A stretch of DNA of 44,711 nucleotides. Origin: a virus. Position 1 is the stretch's first letter. Each line of letters begins with the position of its first letter. Both the position numbers and the translations under genes were made by a program. Shown piece by piece: positions 9,259 to 15,593 of the stretch. The notes below the pieces were generated by a model. The model worked only from the letters and a program-made list of their open reading frames with translations, made no database searches and had not been told where the DNA came from. Location: IMG/VR virus record IMGVR_UViG_3300044453_000072; one strand, 5' to 3'.

Positions 9259-9483
9259 ATGAGCGTCTTTGTTCGCATATTCCTTCGCTATCTGGCGGGC
9301 GTCCTTGTAGCCAAGGGCTTCCTCGGTGACGCGGACGGCAACATGCTTGCGACCGACCCCGATGTAGCGGCTCTTTTGGAGATGGGACTCGGACTGGCGG
9401 TCGGTGCCGTGTCTGAAGCCTGGTACTGGCTTTCCAAGCGGGTCAAGAAGCTGGATATCCCGTTCACCGGTGGGGAAGTGTAG
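9259..9483 (+). CDS. Holin-like small membrane protein (74 aa)
   Basis: AGGAG RBS, two predicted hydrophobic helices, and a position directly after the lysozyme-like gene. Confidence 0.45.
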   Translation: MSVFVRIFLRYLAGVLVAKGFLGDADGNMLATDPDVAALLEMGLGLAVGAVSEAWYWLSKRVKKLDIPFTGGEV

Positions 9484-9484
9484 C

Positions 9485-9862
9485 ATGTGGTCGCTGCTGT
9501 CCTCGATAGGCATTGGCGGGCTTACCGCCGTCCTGAAGGCCATACAGCAGGAGCGCAGGAACGCGCAGAACGCCACGACCGAGCGCGAGCGGCAGGCATC
9601 CGAGGAACGCATCGAAATCCTTCAGCAGCGCGCCGAGATCATCAAGCGCGCCCAGAGCGACCCTTACGAGCGGTTTATCCGCATGGGCTTCGCGCTTCCG
9701 TTTGTCATCTACATCTGGAAACTGGTGGTCTGGGATAAGGTCTTCGGTTTTGGCGCGACCGACGCGCTCTCTCCAGAACTCTCCGACATCATGTGGACCG
9801 TCATTCTCGGCTACTTCGTTGACGTAGTGGTCAAGGGCGCAATCCGCACGTTTCGGGGGTAG
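9485..9862 (+). CDS. Membrane protein of the lysis cassette (125 aa)
   Basis: ATG 9485 lies 2 nt after the upstream stop. It has an N-terminal TM segment, a charged coiled segment, then two further hydrophobic helices. Confidence 0.4.
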   Translation: MWSLLSSIGIGGLTAVLKAIQQERRNAQNATTERERQASEERIEILQQRAEIIKRAQSDPYERFIRMGFALPFVIYIWKLVVWDKVFGFGATDALSPELSDIMWTVILGYFVDVVVKGAIRTFRG

Positions 9863-9983
9863 CAGCGGGCCGGGGATGTTCTGGCAAACGTTCCCCAGCC
9901 CTCACCACAACGCGATCAACGAGGGACCGCGCAATGGCTGACAAACACCCTAATCCGATAATCCTTAACGTGGGGAGTTGGTC

Positions 9984-10253
9984 ATGACTGTGAAGCGCCT
10001 TCCGCAGATGACATCGGAGGAATTCACCGAACTGGTGCGTAGTGCTGTACGGGCCGAATTGAGCGCCGCCGGATTAAGGCTCGATGAACCGGAACACCAG
10101 GACGAGGCCAGAGAGGATTTCCGGTTCCTTCGCCGAATGCGCAAGTCATTTGACGGCGCGGCTTCCAAAGTGGGCTATACGATACTGCTCGCGTTGGCCG
10201 GTGGTGTCATCTGGCTCGTAACCCAAGGGCTTTCATTCTGGAAAGCCGGGTAG
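9984..10253 (+). CDS. C-terminally membrane-anchored small protein (spanin-like?)
   Basis: GGGGAG RBS upstream of ATG 9984 (the ORF track uses TTG 9978). The C-terminus is hydrophobic (GYTILLALAGGVIWLV). Confidence 0.35.
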   Translation: MTVKRLPQMTSEEFTELVRSAVRAELSAAGLRLDEPEHQDEAREDFRFLRRMRKSFDGAASKVGYTILLALAGGVIWLVTQGLSFWKAG

Positions 10254-10263
10254 GAGCGGGCCG

Positions 10264-11286
10264 ATGGGTTATGGCGCACCGACGCAAGACGAACTCAATC
10301 GCTTCCGGGAACTATCCAAGACCTTAACACATGCCGATGGCACCCCCAACTACACCCAAATCGCCAAGCAGCTAGGCCGCCCCAGAACAACGGTTCTTGC
10401 ATGGCCCCGGTTCGCGGAAGGAACCAAAACCGAGTTCCCCGAAACCGTTCTCAGCGAAGAAAACGAGCCGATAGACGAAATCCTTGGCCGTCTCCGCAAG
10501 GCTCATACCCGCAAGCAGAAGCAGATAGAGGCCCGTACCTGGTTCCCGATCAAGGTCAAGGAGGACAAGCCCTACGGCATCCTCTGGTTCGGCGATCCTC
10601 ATCTTGGCCAGCACTGCAATTGGGACTTGCTGGACCGTGACATCGCCATAGCGCAGCGCGACGGCGTGTATGGCGGCAACATCGGCGACACGACCGACAA
10701 CTGGCCGTGGACCGGCAGGATGGCTCGCCTGTGGGCTGAGGTGGACGTTTCCTCCCCGACTGAAAAGCGGCTTGCCAACTGGTTCATGTTCGAGACCGGC
10801 ATCAAGTGGATGGTCTGGCTTCTGGGCAACCATGACGAGTGGAACGGCGGCTCCGAATTCTACAAGATGCTCGGGGCGCATCAAATCCCGGTACTCGACT
10901 GGCGCGCTCAATTCCGGCTGGTTCACGCCAAGACGGAAGTGAGAGTGGACGCGTCACACGGGCGCAAGGGTTCTTCCATTTACAACCCAACCCATGGGAC
11001 TTTGCGGGAGGCGAAATTTGGGGAAAATGCTGACGCCTATATTACCGGGCACACGCACAATTTCGGCCTATTTGAGATAGAATTCGCCGAGAAAAAGCAC
11101 AGAACGTGGTTGGCCCAGATTGCCGGTTACAAGGTCGGAGGTCTCTACGAAGCAAAGGGCGGATATGGCCAATCGCAATTCGGGTGCAGCGTCTTCATGA
11201 TCGTGCATCCCGAAACGGGCCGTGTCCAGATGTTCTCGGACGCGGAGGAGGGCGCGGACTATTTGCGCCACCTGCGATCACGATGA
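10264..11286 (+). CDS. HTH-domain / calcineurin-like metallophosphoesterase fusion protein (340 aa)
   Basis: The N-terminal NYTQIAKQLGRPRTTVLAW is HTH-like. Metallophosphoesterase motifs are FGDPHLG, GNIGDTTDN, LGNHDEW and GHTHNF. Confidence 0.75.
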   Translation: MGYGAPTQDELNRFRELSKTLTHADGTPNYTQIAKQLGRPRTTVLAWPRFAEGTKTEFPETVLSEENEPIDEILGRLRKAHTRKQKQIEARTWFPIKVKEDKPYGILWFGDPHLGQHCNWDLLDRDIAIAQRDGVYGGNIGDTTDNWPWTGRMARLWAEVDVSSPTEKRLANWFMFETGIKWMVWLLGNHDEWNGGSEFYKMLGAHQIPVLDWRAQFRLVHAKTEVRVDASHGRKGSSIYNPTHGTLREAKFGENADAYITGHTHNFGLFEIEFAEKKHRTWLAQIAGYKVGGLYEAKGGYGQSQFGCSVFMIVHPETGRVQMFSDAEEGADYLRHLRSR

Positions 11287-11756
11287 GCAATCTTGCCGGG
11301 ATGAGTGAGCTTTTCGACGGGGTAACCGAGCCGGTATCTGCTCTGTATGACGGTAATCGGAACCCCGGCTTCGTCGGCGATTTCGCGCAACGTCTTCTCT
11401 ACGCCATTGACCATCACGCGGATTGTTTTGCGCTGGTTGTTCATCTGCTCGCGCGGTGTGGCCCAGCGGCAATTCTCCGGCGTGTAATCGCCTTCGTTGT
11501 CAACCCGGTCCACCGAATGTCTGGGCGAGGGACGTGGCCCCATGTCCTCATAGAACGCCTCAAAGCTATCACGCCAACGGGCGCACATTCTGATACCGCG
11601 CGCGCCGTACTTCTTGTAGCCGCCGTAGTTCGGATTATGGCACCGATGCTTGATGCCATTCCACGAATTGTATTCGGGGCTCTTGCGCAAGCCGTGCGTC
11701 TTTTGAAAGCCGCGCTCGCCATGCTTCGGCATGTTTACGTGGTTGTCTGTATTCAT
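11259..11756 (-). CDS. HNH-like free-standing homing endonuclease-type protein (165 aa)
   Basis: The signature SPEYNSWNGIKHRC..YGARGIRMC..W..SFEAFYEDMG.RP...SVDRVDNEGDYTPENCRWAT..EQ.NN is typical of phage HNH-annotated proteins (recalled). The 3' end overlaps 10264..11286 by 28 nt, convergently. Confidence 0.6.
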   Translation of the reverse strand: MNTDNHVNMPKHGERGFQKTHGLRKSPEYNSWNGIKHRCHNPNYGGYKKYGARGIRMCARWRDSFEAFYEDMGPRPSPRHSVDRVDNEGDYTPENCRWATPREQMNNQRKTIRVMVNGVEKTLREIADEAGVPITVIQSRYRLGYPVEKLTHPGKIAHRDRRWRK

Positions 11757-11819
11757 GATTTGTTCTTACACAAAATACGCACAAACCGCAACGAATATCT
11801 CGCTTGGAAGCGTCGATGA

Positions 11820-12107
11820 ATGCGCGCCGCTCTCACATGGCTGTTCACCGCGCTTCTCTCAATGGTGGCTTTTGTGGTACTGTTCCTAGCGTCGTTCTTG
11901 CCGGACAGGAACAAGCAGCCACCCCGATATTCAGCCCGAATCCTTCCCCATGAAAACCCGCTTCTGGCCTCATTGGTTGTCTCTCAATTGAGCGACAACA
12001 CCGGAGAGAGAATCGAAATCCCTCTGACAGATGAGGCAATGGATTTGATGATCTTCGATATGGCAGTGCAGAAACGACGTATCAGGTCTGTTCGGGTGAG
12101 GGATTAG
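11820..12107 (+). CDS. N-terminally membrane-anchored hypothetical protein (95 aa)
   Basis: TM helix LTWLFTALLSMVAFVVLFLASFL, with AT-rich upstream DNA, inside the accessory island. Confidence 0.5.
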   Translation: MRAALTWLFTALLSMVAFVVLFLASFLPDRNKQPPRYSARILPHENPLLASLVVSQLSDNTGERIEIPLTDEAMDLMIFDMAVQKRRIRSVRVRD

Positions 12108-12164
12108 TTGCAGACACATCCCCTAATTCTGTCCGTAACCATGCCCGCCTCATAAAGATTTGGA

Positions 12165-12193
12165 CTCCGCGATCCACATGATCGCTGACGGAG
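12165..12193. terminator. Hairpin between convergent genes (possible bidirectional terminator)
   Basis: CTCC-GCGATC / loop CACAT / GATCGC-(TGAC)-GGAG. No clear U-tract. Confidence 0.25.
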
Positions 12194-12208
12194 ATGCGCA
12201 ACTGCTCT

Positions 12209-12349
12209 CTACGCGCCATTGAGATAGCCACCCTTGCGCCGCTTGCTCCAAGAACGCTGTTCGCCGCGCTTCACCCGCTTTGGGTGATAGCGTAGCGCGC
12301 TGCTGGCGTAATTATGGTTTCGTTTTCGTTTTGACGGACGAGCGCCCAT
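12209..12349 (-). CDS. Very basic micro-protein (46 aa), hypothetical
   Basis: GGAG lies 7 nt upstream of ATG 12349. The product is MGARPSKRKRNHNYASSALRYHPKRVKRGEQRSWSKRRKGGYLNGA. It is below the ORF-track cutoff. Confidence 0.3.
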   Translation of the reverse strand: MGARPSKRKRNHNYASSALRYHPKRVKRGEQRSWSKRRKGGYLNGA

Positions 12350-12394
12350 CTCTCATCTCCTGAAACATTCGCCTGTTATTATACCCGATAAGCC

Positions 12395-12423
12395 TTGAGA
12401 TTCAAAGGGATTCGGGGTATGTA
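12395..12423 (+). promoter_or_regulatory. Sigma70-like promoter candidate (TTGAGA-N17-TATGTA)
   Basis: -35 is TTGAGA 12395-12400 and -10 is TATGTA 12418-12423, with an exact 17-nt spacer. The predicted start near 12430 coincides with the 5' end of the tRNA-like fold. Confidence 0.4.
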
Positions 12424-12429
12424 GGGGGT

Positions 12430-12580
12430 GAGGCGGCGGCGTGGAAGGACACGCGCCGACACAGCGTGTTTTCCAAACGACGCACGGCGATACCCTTGGT
12501 TTGGAAATAGCGCTTGCAGGCAAAATCCGGGAGAGGGGTATCTTCTCGGAAGCCGGTTTCGAGTCCGGCCCGCCTCCACA
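12430..12580 (+). ncRNA. Candidate structured RNA with tRNA-like acceptor/T-arm end (alternatively an attP core copying the 3' end of a host tRNA-type gene)
   Basis: GAGGCGG 12430-36 pairs with CCGCCTC 12570-76. A T-arm-like GCCGG/CCGGC (12552-56/12565-69) has the loop TTTCGAGT. A D-like stem is 12439-42/12451-54. Two long internal hairpins span 12455-88 and 12489-12542. No credible ORF is present. Confidence 0.3.
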
Positions 12581-12584
12581 GTTT

Positions 12585-12684
12585 CCCCGTGATGAACGGG
12601 GCCGAGACCACTCGGCCACCGAGTATCAGTCGGTGCGTCCATAGGCCCACGATAGGGCACCGAGCGTCAGCGGGATACTGACGC
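12585..12684 (+). other. Run of four consecutive stable hairpins
   Basis: The hairpins are 12585-12601 (6 bp), 12602-12615 (5 bp), 12617-12635 (6 bp, 7-nt loop) and 12664-12684 (7 bp, 7-nt loop). None has a U-tract. Confidence 0.5.
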
Positions 12685-12727
12685 ACACCATTCCCCCGTC
12701 CAACACAGGGCGGGGCAGGAGATAGCG

Positions 12728-12865
12728 ATGACGAAGATTGTCACACCCGAACTATTCGCTCTGGTCCTGACGCAAATCCATCTTGGAATCGCCAAGGCGC
12801 GAGTCAATGGCGTCGTGTGCGGGTCTCCCCGCGACATTAAGGTCAGCGAAGGCAACGGCGGCTAA
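12728..12865 (+). CDS. Small hypothetical protein (45 aa)
   Basis: AGGAGA lies 6 nt upstream of ATG 12728. The product is MTKIVTPELFALVLTQIHLGIAKARVNGVVCGSPRDIKVSEGNGG. It is below the ORF-track cutoff. Confidence 0.3.
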   Translation: MTKIVTPELFALVLTQIHLGIAKARVNGVVCGSPRDIKVSEGNGG

Positions 12866-12958
12866 TTTCACCACCACCCGAGTACCCTCCCCACCGGAGC
12901 AATAACCAAGGCCCCAAGGACAAGGTAGAGGGTGCGGTCGAAACGGTGAAACGACATC

Positions 12959-13171
12959 CTAGCGCCCAAACGCAAACCAGCCAATGATACCGCCGACACA
13001 ATAGCGCATCAGATTGCTGTGGAGGGTGCTGGCGGATTCAAAATATTCTGGGAAATAGTGCAGCCCTTCCACGATGTAGACGTAGAACATCAGCGTCACC
13101 GGATATGTGACGAGCCAAGCTGCTGGAACACATAAAAGCGCAATCAAAAACCTATTGCGGTCGCCCATCAT
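12959..13171 (-). CDS. Small integral membrane protein (70 aa), last gene of the leftward operon
   Basis: The start overlaps the upstream stop as ATGA. It has two to three hydrophobic helices. Confidence 0.55.
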   Translation of the reverse strand: MMGDRNRFLIALLCVPAAWLVTYPVTLMFYVYIVEGLHYFPEYFESASTLHSNLMRYCVGGIIGWFAFGR

Positions 13172-13512
13172 CCCCTCCCCTTCAAAGCATCCCGTCTATC
13201 CTGGTAGCCGGGGAATGAGGCTTCGATCATGGCTTTCCAGACATTTCGAGAGACCTCACCCTCCGCCAACTTTAGCGAAACGTCGTCATCCTCGTAGCAG
13301 GAGCCGTGATCCAGCATCCGCTCTGTCGGCTCTACTGGTACTATGGCGTAACCGGCTGAGGTGAGGGCTTTGACAGCCGCAATAGCGTCCATCTCCCAAT
13401 TCATCCACATTGGTGCGGCGCGGTCGCCATTGCTGGTTTCAAGCGTATCAGGATCAAGGCCACTTTCAGCGCACATCGCCCTCGCGATAATCTCATCTAC
13501 TGTCTTTGTCAT
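13168..13512 (-). CDS. Hypothetical protein (114 aa)
   Basis: ATG 13512 (MTKTVDEII...) overlaps the upstream stop as ATGA. The composition is globular and acidic. Confidence 0.6.
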   Translation of the reverse strand: MTKTVDEIIARAMCAESGLDPDTLETSNGDRAAPMWMNWEMDAIAAVKALTSAGYAIVPVEPTERMLDHGSCYEDDDVSLKLAEGEVSRNVWKAMIEASFPGYQDRRDALKGRG

Positions 13513-13850
13513 TGCTTCTGCTCTCGGATAGCTGCTGCGATTTTCCGCCCGGTATCCTCCGCACCGCAAGCGCGGGTGTCCAGCGACACAGCCACAGGCT
13601 CACCGCTCCGGGCAGCGTGCGGAGACGCGCTGCGGATACGACCCGCTTCATCGAATGCCAAGTTTATCGCAATCCCCGCATCCCGTTCTATCTGTGCTGC
13701 GGTAGCTGCATTGCGTTCGGAGAGGGCGAGTTCTCCGATTGATTGAGCGAGTTGGGCAAGCTCGCGTTCGTTGACAGTCCAGTCGCCAGCGATCTCCCGC
13801 GCCCGTTCCAATATGTCTTGTGGGATTGTGGTGGTCATGGGGTCACTCAT
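13509..13850 (-). CDS. Hypothetical protein (about 113 aa)
   Basis: The start is uncertain, either ATG 13850 or ATG 13838. It is in the same operon and is helical and acidic. Confidence 0.5.
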   Translation of the reverse strand: MSDPMTTTIPQDILERAREIAGDWTVNERELAQLAQSIGELALSERNAATAAQIERDAGIAINLAFDEAGRIRSASPHAARSGEPVAVSLDTRACGAEDTGRKIAAAIREQKQ

Positions 13851-14037
13851 CGTTCTGGCAATAGCACCGTTCGTTCGGCGTCTCGACTTCACCGAAGCCG
13901 CAGTGCGGGCAGAAGGTATCGTTGTACTCGATTGCCTCGAAGACCGCTCTGCGGTCGATCCAAGGGAGAGATATCAGCGTATCAAAGATAACGCGGATCG
14001 CGTCGTTCTGCTGCTTGCTCAATTTGTCGTCGCTCAT
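13843..14037 (-). CDS. Small zinc-ribbon-like protein (64 aa)
   Basis: The C-terminal CPHCG...CYC cysteine pairs suggest a zinc ribbon. Confidence 0.5.
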   Translation of the reverse strand: MSDDKLSKQQNDAIRVIFDTLISLPWIDRRAVFEAIEYNDTFCPHCGFGEVETPNERCYCQNDE

Positions 14038-14038
14038 C

Positions 14039-14314
14039 CTATTCCCCTGTGGTGAGGGCGGCGTCGATAGCTCTGTTCCAAGCGGCTTCCGCGTCGCCAG
14101 TGCCGTAGATTTCTCCGAACAGACACGCTAGGATATCATCGTCTGCCGACCGCATTGCTTCGATAGCTGCGCGCGCGAGCGAACGGTATTCCGCCTGTGT
14201 GGCCTCATTGATGCGAGACAGTTCCTTCCATGTAGGCAGTCCGTTGGGGTAGCCCTGCTGGTCAACGAAGTCGAACCACATCGCTGCGGCCACCTTCTCC
14301 ACCATATCAGTCAT
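14039..14314 (-). CDS. Hypothetical protein (91 aa)
   Basis: Compact acidic helical ORF whose stop (14039-14041) lies 1 nt upstream of the next gene's start at 14037. Confidence 0.6.
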   Translation of the reverse strand: MTDMVEKVAAAMWFDFVDQQGYPNGLPTWKELSRINEATQAEYRSLARAAIEAMRSADDDILACLFGEIYGTGDAEAAWNRAIDAALTTGE

Positions 14315-14319
14315 GTGTC

Positions 14320-14508
14320 TCAGTCTCCTTCATGGGAGGGGCGGGCCAAGGCAGCGCGCCTGTCCATTTCGGCGTTCCATTCTTTGACCCACCGAGGCGG
14401 CTCGATATCGCTCGTATTCGTGGAAACCCATGTTGCGCTGGGGAACCTGCACTCGGGGAAACATCCCATGAATTCCGGGCATCGACTACACCCGCCGTTC
14501 TCAGCCAT
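14320..14508 (-). CDS. Cys-rich small protein (62 aa)
   Basis: Preceded by the TGTGTAACGCGGAGA motif including an SD. The cysteines are arranged CSRCPEFMGCFPEC. Confidence 0.45.
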   Translation of the reverse strand: MAENGGCSRCPEFMGCFPECRFPSATWVSTNTSDIEPPRWVKEWNAEMDRRAALARPSHEGD

Positions 14509-14519
14509 TTTCCATTCTC

Positions 14520-14530
14520 CGCGTTACACA
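14520..14530 (-). promoter_or_regulatory. Conserved 5'-UTR motif TGTGTAACGCG (copy 1)
   Basis: The minus-strand reading is CCCTGTGTAACGCGGAGAATGGAAAATG, immediately upstream of 14320..14508. Confidence 0.6.
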
Positions 14531-14548
14531 GGGTAGGGGAAGCGGGGG

Positions 14549-14986
14549 TCAGCGACGCTTGATTTTGAAGCGAGCTGACTTGTCGAGGAAGTCTGTCGGG
14601 CCTTCGTTTCGCGCTTTCATTTCGTCGGTCACATCCACTATCGCCCCGCCGTCGTCACCCTGTTCGATGACCACTGCGTTCTTCTCATCGATCATGTAGA
14701 TTTTGGTCGGCTTCAGTTGATCCCAGACGCATGTGATGCCATCCTCGGCAACACGCCGCCCGCCCTTCCGCCACGCATAGAAGGCTTCCCAGAAGGGGGA
14801 CCGTTCACCGAAGAACGGATGGCGCTCATCGATCTCGCCATCAGGGCGAAGGCGGGTCGGTCCAAACATGTCGCTATCCTCGAAGCGGAAGGACTTCCGG
14901 CCGATCTCGATCACAAACGGGCCGCGCCCCCAAGAATCGATAAACGCGCCGCCGACATTTCCATACTGGTGTCCGTAGTCAGCCAT
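14549..14986 (-). CDS. Hypothetical protein (145 aa)
   Basis: Preceded by the TGTGTAACGCGGAGA motif. The composition is globular. Confidence 0.6.
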   Translation of the reverse strand: MADYGHQYGNVGGAFIDSWGRGPFVIEIGRKSFRFEDSDMFGPTRLRPDGEIDERHPFFGERSPFWEAFYAWRKGGRRVAEDGITCVWDQLKPTKIYMIDEKNAVVIEQGDDGGAIVDVTDEMKARNEGPTDFLDKSARFKIKRR

Positions 14987-14996
14987 CGTCTCTCTC

Positions 14997-15007
14997 CGCG
15001 TTACACA
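14997..15007 (-). promoter_or_regulatory. Conserved 5'-UTR motif TGTGTAACGCG (copy 2)
   Basis: The minus-strand reading is GCTTGTGTAACGCGGAGAGAGACGATG, upstream of 14549..14986. Confidence 0.6.
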
Positions 15008-15030
15008 AGCCTGTCGGGGGTGCGGGGCTG

Positions 15031-15414
15031 TCAGAATGGCACGTTGTCGGCATCGGATGATTGTGCCGGTTCTTGCGCGTCACGCATCTGCTCTAGATAC
15101 GCCTCTTCCATCTGGCTCTCTTGCACTTGCCGCCAATGTTCTTCCTCCGCTTGGCGCATCTGTTCGGCCTCCCAATAAGCCTCCTCTTCGCGACGAGCTT
15201 GTCGAGCGCGCTCTATCCGCCGTTCTTCGGCGGCCTGTTCTTCGCGATAGGCGAATTCGCGATCATACTCGCGGCGATACTGGTCGGTCGCTTCATCGCA
15301 ATCGTAGGGGCTGCTGTAGCGGCGGCCCCAGCCGTAATCACTGTCCATGCTGGCATCTCGCCGCGCCTGATGGCGGGCTTCGTATTCGTCGGGGCAATCC
15401 CATCTATGGCTCAT
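15031..15414 (-). CDS. Highly charged Arg/Glu-rich protein ending in an SSB-tip-like DADNVPF (127 aa)
   Basis: Preceded by the TGTGTAACGCGAGAAGGAGA motif. It has an E/R/Q/A-rich helical core, and the C-terminus ...SSDADNVPF resembles the SSB acidic tip D-D-D-I-P-F. Confidence 0.6.
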   Translation of the reverse strand: MSHRWDCPDEYEARHQARRDASMDSDYGWGRRYSSPYDCDEATDQYRREYDREFAYREEQAAEERRIERARQARREEEAYWEAEQMRQAEEEHWRQVQESQMEEAYLEQMRDAQEPAQSSDADNVPF

Positions 15415-15428
15415 GACCGTCTCCTTCT

Positions 15429-15439
15429 CGCGTTACACA
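15429..15439 (-). promoter_or_regulatory. Conserved 5'-UTR motif TGTGTAACGCG (copy 3)
   Basis: The minus-strand reading is GCTTGTGTAACGCGAGAAGGAGACGGTCATG, upstream of 15031..15414. Confidence 0.6.
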
Positions 15440-15472
15440 AGCTATCGAAATCGAGGCTTGATAAGGGGTGCT

Positions 15473-15590
15473 GTTCCACATAAAAGCCCAATGTTTCTAT
15501 GGCGGTGGAATACCGGGCGAGGCCTCCACATACTTTCTAGCCAATTGATTTCTTTTAGCATTTTTCATCGTGCATAGGAACCGTTCCACA
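15473..15590. promoter_or_regulatory. int-proximal intergenic region with GTTCCACA repeats and an AT-rich tract (candidate attP arm sites or DnaA-box-like sites)
   Basis: CTGTTCCACA at 15471-80 and CCGTTCCACA at 15581-90 are direct copies, and GTGGAA at 15505-10 is inverted. The AT-rich tract is CCAATTGATTTCTTTTAGCATTTTTCAT (15541-68). CCTCCACA at 15523-30 also occurs at 12573-80. Confidence 0.4.
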
Positions 15591-15593
15591 CGG

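Noticed and set aside
12430-12580. Canonical tRNA or tmRNA gene
   Set aside because: The T-loop has 8 nt instead of 7. Positions 8 and 14 and the D-loop are non-canonical, there is no 5-bp/7-nt anticodon arm, and CCA is not encoded. The only internal frame ending at a stop (…TAIPLVWK*) is nothing like a tmRNA tag. I kept it only as a 'tRNA-like structured RNA or attP core' hypothesis.
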